64,000 bases of DNA, from positions 881 through 64,880 of the forward strand of contig CALZOU010000001.1 in assembly GCA_945827805.1 (NCBI GenBank), in the 5' to 3' direction. Position numbers and translations under genes: made by a program. The stretch is from an uncultured Lachnospiraceae bacterium. GTDB lineage: Bacteria > Bacillota > Clostridia > Lachnospirales > Lachnospiraceae. The notes beneath the pieces were generated by a model. That model searched no databases and had not been told where the DNA came from. It saw only the letters and a list, made by a program, of their open reading frames with translations. Shown in pieces: positions 28,148 to 36,536 of the stretch. Every line of letters begins with the position of its first letter. The stretch's first letter is position 1.

Positions 28148-31100
28148 TCAATCCACCGACTTCAGGCTTTCTACCATGCTGATCTTTTTGAGCCTGCGGC
28201 TCAGCGCCAGGCAGACCAGAATGGTAAACAAAAGCGTCAGAACCAGTGAAAACAGATAGCTCAGCGGATAAATGCTTCGGCCAAACATAATATTGGATAC
28301 TTCCACCGTCACCACCACAAATCTGTGCAGGGCCGTGCCCACAAAAAGTCCGCATACTGCGCCCAGCAGGGAAAGCAAAAATGTTTCCCGGAAAATATAG
28401 GCATCCACCTCGCCGGCATAAAAGCCCAGCACCTTTATAGTGGCGATCTCCCGCTGCCGTTCACTGATATTGATATTGGTCAGATTATATAATACCACAA
28501 ATGCCAGGATTGCGGCACATATAATCAGCACGATTACAATAAAATCTATCTTACTGAGCATATTTTCAAAGGACTGAATGGATGCGGTCATAAAATTGGC
28601 TGATCCGACACAGGAAAACTGATGCAGTGCGATGATCACCTGATCCTCTTCGCTTGCCGGAACATCACACAGAACTGCCAGAGTAGTGAAATCAGCGTCT
28701 TCTCCCACCGCCTCCCGGTAGGCATTTCTTCCGATATACACAAAGGCCCGCACGTAGTTTTCCACAATACCGGTCACCTCTACGGAAAATCTCTTCTCAT
28801 CTCCGTTTTCGATGGTGACAGTATCTCCCGGATGTACATCCAGCGTACTGGCCAGTTTTTCCGTCAGAAGCACGCTGTTATCGTCAAAGGGCACGGTTTC
28901 CTGGGTTTTTCTGTCCCGGAAGGTCATAAAGGAGGTAAATGCGGCTGCATCCTCCGGCACATCCAGATATACATCTTCCTGCTGATCTCCGATGATAGCT
29001 TTTCCCTGCTCCATATGCAGTGCCGTGTAGGAGGCTTCCAGCGTATCCAGATAAGAAGTTACTTCCTGTTTCTCCTGCTCAGTGGCATCGTCTGAAAATC
29101 CTACCGACAGGCCATATTTCTGCAGCTGCTCATACTGGATTTCCACGATGTCGCTGATGGAATCCCGGATACCGAAGCCGGTAACCAGAAGAGCCGTACA
29201 GCCGGCTATACCTACAAGCGTCATGCACAGGCGTTTTTTGTACCGGAACATGTTTCTTGCCGTCACCTTATGGGTGAAACGCATCCGGGACCATACCGGT
29301 TTTATGTACTCCAGCCATATTCTCTTGCCGGCTTTCGGTGCTTTCGGAAGCATCAGCCGGGAGGGACATTCTTTCAGAATGCTGCCGCAGGCACTGATGG
29401 TTGCCACAATAACACTGAGTACCGCTGCGATAGCCGCCGGAAGGGCATACATCGGAAGAAAAGGTGTTTTTACCATAGGGAAGCTGTACATCATGCTGTA
29501 AGCATTCCACAAAACTGTGGGAAACAGTACCTGACCGATCAGGATACCGGCCACACTGCCGAGGATTCCCGCTGTTCCCGCATAAAGCAGATATTTCAAA
29601 AGAATCGCGCCTTTGGAATATCCCAGCGCTTTCATCGTACCGATCTGTACCCTTTCTTCCTCCACCATACGGGTCATGGTGGTCAGCGCCACCAATGCAG
29701 CTACCAGGAAAAAGAAGATGGGAAATACTTTTGCCAGCGCTGCTACTTTATCGGAGTTGCCATCAATGCTGACGTAAGAAGGATTCGTATTTCTTTTCAG
29801 GATATACCACTCACTGGCTTCAAGCTCATTGATCTCTTTCCGGGCATCCTCAATCTTCTCCTCTGCCTCGGCGTAGGCCTCATCCGCCTCTTTCCTGCCG
29901 TCGACATATTCTGCCTCTCCATCCTCGTATTCTTTTAAGCCATCGGCATAGGTCTGCTTTGCCTCTTCGAGCTTTTCTTCACTTTCCGCTATCTTTTCCA
30001 TTCCCTTCTTATAGGAAGAGAGACCGCTCTCATACTGTTTTTTGCCTTTTTCGTATTTCTTCTTCGCTGATTCGTAAGAATTTACGGCAGAAACCATGGT
30101 ATTGTAGTTTTTGTCCCATTCAGCAATCTTTTCTCTGGCCTGTTCCACGGATGCAGCAGATGCCGAAAGTTCTGCCTGATTGCGGTCAAGCTCCTGGGTG
30201 GCCGCTGAAAGCTGCTGTGAAAAAGCCTCCAGCCTGGCCTCACCCTCTGCAATGGCCTGAGCGTAGGCCGCAAGTTCTTCCGGGGCTGCCCCTGCTGCCT
30301 CAGCTGCCTGATAAGCCTGTTTCTGCTGTTCCAGTTCTGCCTTGCTTTGTTCCAGCTGGGCCTGCTGCTGTGAAAGCTGTGTCCGGGCAGCCTCGATACT
30401 TTCTGTACCTTCATCGTAGGCAGCCACCTGTTTTCTTGCATTCTCGATACTGTCTTTATTTTTCAGCGTATTCTTTATCTTTTTGATTTCAGGCGCTGAC
30501 GCATCCAGTTTTTTCTTGGCACTGTCCAGCTGTTTTTTGCTGCTGTCCAGCTTCTCTTTTGCCTCTTTCAGTTCTTTTTTTCCGTCGGAAATCTCTTTTT
30601 CGCCGTCTTCTATCTCTTTTTTACCGTCCAAAAGCTCGGCTTTTGCATCATCCAGCTCTTTTCGGGCATCTAAAAGCTCGGCTTCGGTGTCTGCCTTTTT
30701 CTCCTGATACTCCTGCTCGGCATCCGCAAGCTTATCCTCTGCTTCCTGACGGATATTCTGATCCCGGATGGCAGCCCGCTCTTTTCCAAAATCATTCAGG
30801 CTGTCTTTGTCCGCATTAACCAGAGTCTCATACTCTTTTCCAAAGGCAAACTGTTCTTTGGCATCACGCAGGGTTACGTACAAGTCCGTATACAAATCCG
30901 TATCCAGTTCTTCTCTGTCCACCAGAAGAAACAGTGACACAATGCCATTTCCCACGGAGGAAGTCACGTTTTCCAGAGCGGTGTACAAAGGTGATGTGGC
31001 AATACCTACGATCTCAAGTGATGTCTCCACATACAGCTCTTCGTCGTCTGTCTCCGGCTGCAGCTGTATCCTGTCGCCTATAGTGAAGCTGCCGCTGAAG

Positions 31101-31531
31101 GTGGGCGTCTTTAACAGCACGCATTCTCCGGCTTTTTCGGGAAATCTTCCCTCCTCCAGGGTCGGTGTGTTGACCATATTTTCGGCTTCCCCGGCATAAT
31201 CTCCGGCATGCAGCCTGGCCACCTGACTCTGCCCATCCGGATTGTCCGCCAATACATCCTTCTGATATATACCGGTCACCGCCTCCACCTCAGGGCGTTC
31301 TTCCATGGCCTGCTGATCCTCTGCGGTCAATCCCATAGTACCTTTTATGTCCAGATCAAACAAATTATGTTCGTCATAATAACCATCTACGGAAGAACGA
31401 ATGTCCGGTGATGTACAAAGAAGGCCTACCAGAAATCCCACGCCCAGCGCTGTGATCAGAAAAATGGCCAGAAAGCGGCTGAAACTGCCTTTGACCGTCC
31501 GAAAAACCATTTTCCAGTAATTTTTTTTCAT
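28148..31531 (-). CDS. MacB-type ABC permease with two FtsX modules and a very long coiled-coil extracytoplasmic insert
   Basis: 1127 aa. TM1, then about 560 aa including roughly 330 aa of heptad-rich E/K/A/Q sequence, then FtsX 4-TM bundles near residues 600-730 and 1000-1127. Confidence 0.85.
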   Translation of the reverse strand: MKKNYWKMVFRTVKGSFSRFLAIFLITALGVGFLVGLLCTSPDIRSSVDGYYDEHNLFDLDIKGTMGLTAEDQQAMEERPEVEAVTGIYQKDVLADNPDGQSQVARLHAGDYAGEAENMVNTPTLEEGRFPEKAGECVLLKTPTFSGSFTIGDRIQLQPETDDEELYVETSLEIVGIATSPLYTALENVTSSVGNGIVSLFLLVDREELDTDLYTDLYVTLRDAKEQFAFGKEYETLVNADKDSLNDFGKERAAIRDQNIRQEAEDKLADAEQEYQEKKADTEAELLDARKELDDAKAELLDGKKEIEDGEKEISDGKKELKEAKEKLDSSKKQLDSAKKKLDASAPEIKKIKNTLKNKDSIENARKQVAAYDEGTESIEAARTQLSQQQAQLEQSKAELEQQKQAYQAAEAAGAAPEELAAYAQAIAEGEARLEAFSQQLSAATQELDRNQAELSASAASVEQAREKIAEWDKNYNTMVSAVNSYESAKKKYEKGKKQYESGLSSYKKGMEKIAESEEKLEEAKQTYADGLKEYEDGEAEYVDGRKEADEAYAEAEEKIEDARKEINELEASEWYILKRNTNPSYVSIDGNSDKVAALAKVFPIFFFLVAALVALTTMTRMVEEERVQIGTMKALGYSKGAILLKYLLYAGTAGILGSVAGILIGQVLFPTVLWNAYSMMYSFPMVKTPFLPMYALPAAIAAVLSVIVATISACGSILKECPSRLMLPKAPKAGKRIWLEYIKPVWSRMRFTHKVTARNMFRYKKRLCMTLVGIAGCTALLVTGFGIRDSISDIVEIQYEQLQKYGLSVGFSDDATEQEKQEVTSYLDTLEASYTALHMEQGKAIIGDQQEDVYLDVPEDAAAFTSFMTFRDRKTQETVPFDDNSVLLTEKLASTLDVHPGDTVTIENGDEKRFSVEVTGIVENYVRAFVYIGRNAYREAVGEDADFTTLAVLCDVPASEEDQVIIALHQFSCVGSANFMTASIQSFENMLSKIDFIVIVLIICAAILAFVVLYNLTNINISERQREIATIKVLGFYAGEVDAYIFRETFLLSLLGAVCGLFVGTALHRFVVVTVEVSNIMFGRSIYPLSYLFSLVLTLLFTILVCLALSRRLKKISMVESLKSVD

Positions 31532-31603
31532 CGCTTTTTCCCCTTGTTCTTACTGCCTCATCATCAAGTGATCCGGCCTGTACTGAACACTTCCCACAAT
31601 TTT

Positions 31604-32308
31604 CTACCATTCGATCTCATCCGCGCTCACCGGATGAAGATTTGTCTGCATATCCTGCACTCTGCCGTTTTTGATCCGGATCACCCGGTCTGCCATGGGA
31701 CAGATCGCCTGATTATGCGTAATGATAAACACTGTCTTTCCGGTCTCTTTGCAGGTATCATATAAAAGCTTCAGGATCTGCTTTCCGGTCACATAGTCCA
31801 GCGCTCCCGTGGGTTCATCGCAGAGAAGCAGTTTCGGATTTTTGGCGAGGGCCCGGGCAATGGATACTCTCTGCTGCTCTCCTCCTGATAGCTGAGCCGG
31901 AAAATTCTGCATCCTGTCCTTCAGCCCCACCTGTGCCAGCACCTGATCCGCCGGAAGGGGGTGGTCGCAGATCTCTGAAGCCAGCTCCACATTTTCCTTT
32001 GCTGTCAGATTCTGTACAAGATTGTAAAACTGGAAGACAAATCCTACGTCCTTACGGCGATATGTAGTCAGCTGTCTGGCTTTCAATCCGGCAATGTTGC
32101 TGCCGTCGATCCAGATCTCGCCCTCATCGCAGTCATCCATTCCGCCAAGAATATTTAAGACCGTGGTCTTTCCCGCACCGCTCGGTCCCACGATGACCAC
32201 CAGTTCTCCTTTTTCGGCTTCAAAACAGACATGATCCGCCGCTGCGATCTTTGTCTCTCCATTCTGATAATATTTGCAGACATCTTTAAAGGTAATAAAC
32301 GCACACAT
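31604..32308 (-). CDS. ABC transporter ATP-binding protein (MacB/LolD-like)
   Basis: Walker A GPSGAGKT, signature LSGGEQQR and Walker B LLLCDEPT. Start at the ATG behind GGAGG. Confidence 0.92.
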   Translation of the reverse strand: MCAFITFKDVCKYYQNGETKIAAADHVCFEAEKGELVVIVGPSGAGKTTVLNILGGMDDCDEGEIWIDGSNIAGLKARQLTTYRRKDVGFVFQFYNLVQNLTAKENVELASEICDHPLPADQVLAQVGLKDRMQNFPAQLSGGEQQRVSIARALAKNPKLLLCDEPTGALDYVTGKQILKLLYDTCKETGKTVFIITHNQAICPMADRVIRIKNGRVQDMQTNLHPVSADEIEW

Positions 32309-32499
32309 ATGGTCCTCCAAACCAGCCCTGTCCGGCTGTAGTTTTTTATCCAGACAATGTTGTGTATATTATAGCAGACTGTGCGTCACTGCGGCATGTC
32401 CCGTCTCTAAAAGTTTTATGAAAAAATAAAAACTTTTTCCCCTAATGCCCTGCCTATGCTATACTGTTATCCAGTACGATAAGGGAGGAATCTGTAACT

Positions 32500-33192
32500 A
32501 TGAATAGCCTTTTTAATATTGACAGTCCCATTATGACCTTTCTGAGCCGTCTGGCAGATATCGTTATTCTGAATATTCTGTACGTCATCTGCTGTCTGCC
32601 CATTTTTACCATCGGAGCTGCCACATCAGCCTTATACTATCAGGTCATGAAAATGTCCAAAAACGAAGAAAGCTATGCTATCCGGGGATTTTTCAAGGCT
32701 TTTAAAGAAAATTTCCGTAAGGCAACACCGGCCTGGCTGATCCTTCTGGTCATCGGTATCCTGCTCTGTACTGATCTGTACATCGTGCCGATGATGGGAA
32801 ATGCCACTGTCTCCAATGTTTTCCGCTGCATATGCTTTTTTGCCCTGCTGATCTGGATGATCGTATTTTCCTATACGTTCCCGCTTTTTTCTAAATTCGA
32901 GAACACGATCAAAAACACCATGACAAACGCCCTGCTGATGGGTATCCGTCATCTGCCCTTTACTTTGATCATCGTTGTACTGAATCTTTCACCGGTACTG
33001 GCTGTTTTGTTCCTGACACAGATGCTGTCCCTGGAGATTCTGTTGATGATGATGCTCTGGTTCTCCGGAGTAGCCTACATTAACGGCATGCTGTTTCACC
33101 GGATCTTTGCCCACTATATTCCGGAAGAAGCCGATGAATGCGCAGTCGCGGAAATGTCTGAAGAACAGTCTGACGAAGGAGCTGACCAATGA
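32500..33192 (+). CDS. YesL/DUF624-family membrane protein
   Basis: N-terminal pattern F......L.R..D...LN.L.....LPI.TIGA...ALY and about 6 TM helices. Confidence 0.6.
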   Translation: MNSLFNIDSPIMTFLSRLADIVILNILYVICCLPIFTIGAATSALYYQVMKMSKNEESYAIRGFFKAFKENFRKATPAWLILLVIGILLCTDLYIVPMMGNATVSNVFRCICFFALLIWMIVFSYTFPLFSKFENTIKNTMTNALLMGIRHLPFTLIIVVLNLSPVLAVLFLTQMLSLEILLMMMLWFSGVAYINGMLFHRIFAHYIPEEADECAVAEMSEEQSDEGADQ

Positions 33193-34049
33193 TCATCACA
33201 AAGTCAGAGATCCCGCTGTCGCCGGCTTTTCCTTTTCAGATCGAGCACCGGACGCTGACTGCAGCGGATAACTGTCCCGATCATTTTCACTGGCATTCCT
33301 GCTTTGAGATCACCTATATCCTGCACGGGCAGGGACAGTATTTTGTCAATGGTCAGATCTATACGGTATCGGACGGTGACATCATTCTGTTTAACAATAT
33401 CGAACCCCACGGCTGGGAAGTCCGGGACTCGCTGGAACTGATCGTCATGGTGTTTCAGCCGGAGCTCATCGCCAACGGGTTTGCTCTGCTGGATTATGAT
33501 TATCTGGAGCCCTTTCTGAAACGGGGCACTAATTTTAAAAATGTGCTTCCCGCTTCCGAACAGGTCACCCGGGATATCTACCAGCTGCTCAAGGAGATCT
33601 CTGATGAGGAAAACCGCCATACCGTAGGCTATCAGCTGATGATCAAGGCCAATATTTTAAAGATCCTTACCCTGCTGATCCGCCACTCTCAGGACAGCAG
33701 CAAATCGGATCGTCTCCTGTCCCGAAAGGCTTTGGAAATGAAGCGGCTGTCTAATGTCTTTGAATACATCAACCAGAATTATGCTGAGCATCTGACTCTG
33801 GCGGATGCGGCGGAAATGGCTTATATGAGCCCCAATTATTTTTCTCAGTATTTCAAAAAAGTTACGGGGCAGAATTTCAGTGATTACCTGAATGGACTCA
33901 GGATCAAAAAGGCTCAGGATATGCTGCATGACACTAATTCAAGTGTGATCGATGTAGCCATGGCCTGCGGTTTCCGGAATATGTCCAACTTTTACCGGAT
34001 GTACAAAAAATACACCGGCACTACGCCCAGCGCCAGAACCGATAAATAA
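33189..34049 (+). CDS. AraC-family transcriptional regulator (cupin + HTH)
   Basis: N-terminal cupin (H.H..FEI.Y...G) and a C-terminal double HTH (LADAAE.AYMSPNYFSQYFKK..G, GF.N.S.FYR.YKK). Confidence 0.9.
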   Translation: MIITKSEIPLSPAFPFQIEHRTLTAADNCPDHFHWHSCFEITYILHGQGQYFVNGQIYTVSDGDIILFNNIEPHGWEVRDSLELIVMVFQPELIANGFALLDYDYLEPFLKRGTNFKNVLPASEQVTRDIYQLLKEISDEENRHTVGYQLMIKANILKILTLLIRHSQDSSKSDRLLSRKALEMKRLSNVFEYINQNYAEHLTLADAAEMAYMSPNYFSQYFKKVTGQNFSDYLNGLRIKKAQDMLHDTNSSVIDVAMACGFRNMSNFYRMYKKYTGTTPSARTDK

Positions 34050-34074
34050 AAAGCGGAAAATAATACACAAAAAA

Positions 34075-34108
34075 GCGGAATTTTCGGAAGAAAATCTCCG
34101 TTTTTTTT
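34075..34108 (+). terminator. Terminator after the AraC gene
   Basis: CGGAATTTTC / GAAAATCTCCG stem with one bulge, followed by T8. Confidence 0.65.
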
Positions 34109-34156
34109 CGTATGATGAACCCATAAACATTGTATATTTTCTGGAGGGTCAATACT

Positions 34157-35365
34157 ATGAATCTGGCAAACAGCCGCTATAAAAAAGACTGGGAAAAATG
34201 TAAGGAAAAATGGACAAACTACTGGAATCACTGCAATACGGGCAGACCGCTGATGCATGTGATCTGCCGCAAACCGGATATTGAACAGTTCTATGACGGC
34301 ACACCGGCCACCGACAGCTATAAGGAACAGATCTGTCAGGGACGCTACTATGATCTGCCTCAGGAGCTTCTGTGGAAGGATATGGAGGACAAATATCAGA
34401 ATGCAGAGCGTATGGTTGCCCGCTACCGTTATTTCTGCGAGCATCATGAATTCCTTGGCGAGAGCTTTCCGAACCTGAATATCGATTTTGGTCCCGGTTC
34501 TCTGGCTGCTTATCTCGGATGTGATATAGGCTTTAACGAGGATACCATCTGGTTCATCCCCTGTCTGGAGGATTGGGAGGATGTGCCGGAGTTTAAATTT
34601 GATCCGGACAACAAATGGTTCAGGAAACATATCGAGCTGGCAAGAGCCTGTAAAGAGCTGGCCGGTGATGATTTCTATGTGGATATGCCGGATCTGATGG
34701 AAAATATCGATACACTGGCTTCCATGCGCGGTGCCCAGGAGATCATGTACGATCTGATGGATGAGGAAGATACCATCCATGAGCGTGTAGAGCAGGTTAC
34801 CAATCTGTATTATGAGTATTTTAACCGTTTCTATGATATCGTTAAGGATGATGAGGGCGGCAACGCTTACACCGTTTTTCAGGTATGGGGTCCGGGAAAA
34901 ACTGTGAAACTGCAGTGTGACTCCTCTGCCATGATCGGACCGGATACTTTCCGCGAGTTTATCCAGCCTTCTCTGATCGAGCAGGCGAAACATGCGGATC
35001 ATGTTCTCTATCATCTGGACGGCAAAGAATGTATCCGTCATATGGATGCCCTGATGGAGATCAATGGTATCGATGCGCTGCAGTGGACCAGCGGTGATGC
35101 CGGCCCGGATGGCACTCTGGAGGACTGGGATGTGATCTACGATAAGGCTATTGCGGCAGGAAAATCTCTGTGGATCAAGGTTTATACCGGTGAGTTTGAG
35201 GACTGGATCAGAAACTGTGATCGTCTGGTGAAAAAGTATGGATCTCACAGTCTGTATCTGATGTTCCCGGAGATGTCTCTGGAGCAGGGTGAGAAGCTGA
35301 TTGCTTATGCGGAGGAGAACTGGAGTGATGTGAAGGGGACGTTCTGCGAGGCTATCGGAAGATAA
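34157..35365 (+). CDS. URO-D/MtaA-like TIM-barrel family protein (function unknown)
   Basis: Start behind GGAGGG. The QCDSSAMIGPDTFREFIQP segment resembles the URO-D family DS....L.P..F.EF..P block. The family assignment is tentative. Confidence 0.45.
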   Translation: MNLANSRYKKDWEKCKEKWTNYWNHCNTGRPLMHVICRKPDIEQFYDGTPATDSYKEQICQGRYYDLPQELLWKDMEDKYQNAERMVARYRYFCEHHEFLGESFPNLNIDFGPGSLAAYLGCDIGFNEDTIWFIPCLEDWEDVPEFKFDPDNKWFRKHIELARACKELAGDDFYVDMPDLMENIDTLASMRGAQEIMYDLMDEEDTIHERVEQVTNLYYEYFNRFYDIVKDDEGGNAYTVFQVWGPGKTVKLQCDSSAMIGPDTFREFIQPSLIEQAKHADHVLYHLDGKECIRHMDALMEINGIDALQWTSGDAGPDGTLEDWDVIYDKAIAAGKSLWIKVYTGEFEDWIRNCDRLVKKYGSHSLYLMFPEMSLEQGEKLIAYAEENWSDVKGTFCEAIGR

Positions 35366-35462
35366 TATTTAGGTTTTGAGGGTTCAGCAGCGAACGGGCG
35401 CAGTAGGAGCACGGGGGTTCTATACATACGAGAAGCCTGCCGAATTTCTGCTTCCCCGTCCC

Positions 35463-35640
35463 CCCACACTCAAAAAAGGTCCACTGGACCTTTTTTTCAT
35501 ATGCATGGCAACAAAAAAACAGCCCCCTCACGGGACTGCAAAAAAAAGAGTGCAGAAGGTGGGACTTGAACCCACACGGTCTTAACGACCACAGGCACCT
35601 GAAGCCTGCGCGTCTGCCAATTCCGCCACTCCTGCACGTT
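35463..35640. repeat. Left arm of a perfect 178-bp inverted repeat (tRNA-Leu plus two terminator hairpins)
   Basis: The reverse complement of 35463-35640 is identical base for base to 36669-36846 (checked by hand in 10-nt blocks). Confidence 0.9.
35551..35635 (-). tRNA. tRNA-Leu (anticodon CAG)
   Basis: 85-nt cloverleaf folded by hand: acceptor GCAGGAG/CTTCTGC, anticodon stem CAGGC/GCCTG with loop TTCAGGT, long variable arm, T-arm GTGGG-TTCAAGT-CCCAC. No encoded CCA. Confidence 0.9.
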
Positions 35641-35672
35641 CTTGTCAATCGCTTTCGCAACTGACAAGCGTT

Positions 35673-35701
35673 ATTATACATAGGTACGGTTTAATTGTCA
35701 A
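35673..35701 (-). promoter_or_regulatory. Consensus SigA promoter of the left tRNA-Leu
   Basis: Minus-strand TTGACA, 17-nt spacer, TATAAT. Located in the unique spacer DNA. Confidence 0.7.
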
Positions 35702-35766
35702 CACTTTTTTGAAAAATAAATAAAATTAGTACAACTGAAAAAATTCGTCGTATAATTCACGGTACA

Positions 35767-36429
35767 TCATGTATTGGAACGCAGTGCGTGCTGCAGTTCC
35801 TGTATACTCTCTCTGCCGTACACCAGATACCAGGCGCCTGCGGAGATCAGCAGCCCTGCGACTACGTCCAGTACGGAGTGCTGTTTGACAAAAACAGTAG
35901 AGATACTGATCAGGATTCCCTGGCTGATAAAAAAGAACTTCCAGAAGAAGGATTTCAGCCGTGGATTATGCAGCCCCGCAAAAGTAACTGCCAGGGCTCC
36001 CACCACATGCAGTGACGGACAGACATTGGTATTTGTATCAAACTGATAAAAGCCGGCCATGAACTGTGTCAGGATATTATCTCTTTCGAATACAGCTGGA
36101 CGTAATGTCTGACAGGTGGGAAACAGATAAAACATGATCAGTCCCGCTGAGTATGTCAGGATAATAAAACGCATGAAGCTTGTAAATTCTTCTCCATCTG
36201 TAAAAAACAGGTAAATATGCATGCCGATCAGATAAACGAACCAGAAAAGGTAGGGCAGCAAAAACAACTCACAGAAAGGAATCTTATCATCCAGTGCGCA
36301 GTGCATCTGATAATATGTAGCCGAAAGATTTCCGCGTTCTGCCAGAAGGAATAAAAGACCAAACACCGGCCAGTATAAAAACAGACGCCAGTGAGGATAT
36401 TTCTGTGCAAAGGATTTAAGCCAACGCAT
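35767..36429 (-). CDS. PAP2-superfamily membrane phosphatase
   Basis: Six TM helices. PAP2 C2/C3-like motifs (PSLHV ... KQHSVLDVVAG). Confidence 0.75.
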   Translation of the reverse strand: MRWLKSFAQKYPHWRLFLYWPVFGLLFLLAERGNLSATYYQMHCALDDKIPFCELFLLPYLFWFVYLIGMHIYLFFTDGEEFTSFMRFIILTYSAGLIMFYLFPTCQTLRPAVFERDNILTQFMAGFYQFDTNTNVCPSLHVVGALAVTFAGLHNPRLKSFFWKFFFISQGILISISTVFVKQHSVLDVVAGLLISAGAWYLVYGRESIQELQHALRSNT

Positions 36430-36536
36430 AAACGAACCTCCATTTCTCTATAAGTATTCTAACTAAACGCATTATAATACCATTTTTTGAAAAATCAACG
36501 TTCTTTAGCAAATCCTAAGAATTATTTAAGCATTTT

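Noticed and set aside
29900-30750. Repetitive DNA in the ABC permease as a tandem repeat or hypervariable cassette
   Set aside because: The reiteration is at the level of heptad-like amino-acid patterns (LD.AK.EL) with no fixed nucleotide period. This is consistent with coiled-coil coding sequence.
31560-31590. GTACTGAACAC between the ABC ATPase and permease genes as a leader-motif copy
   Set aside because: It matches only 10 nt of the core, lies in the opposite orientation relative to the downstream gene and lacks both arms. It is likely chance.
33992-35248. 418-aa minus-strand ORF
   Set aside because: It is antisense to the URO-D-like gene and to the end of the AraC gene. It has no RBS and no recognisable motif, and it is I/L/H-rich as is typical of reverse-frame translation.
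35352-35681. 109-aa ORF, with its mirror 73-aa ORF at 36649-36870
   Set aside because: Both simply read through the tRNA-Leu genes and their terminators. The near-identical peptides are a consequence of the inverted repeat, not evidence of coding.
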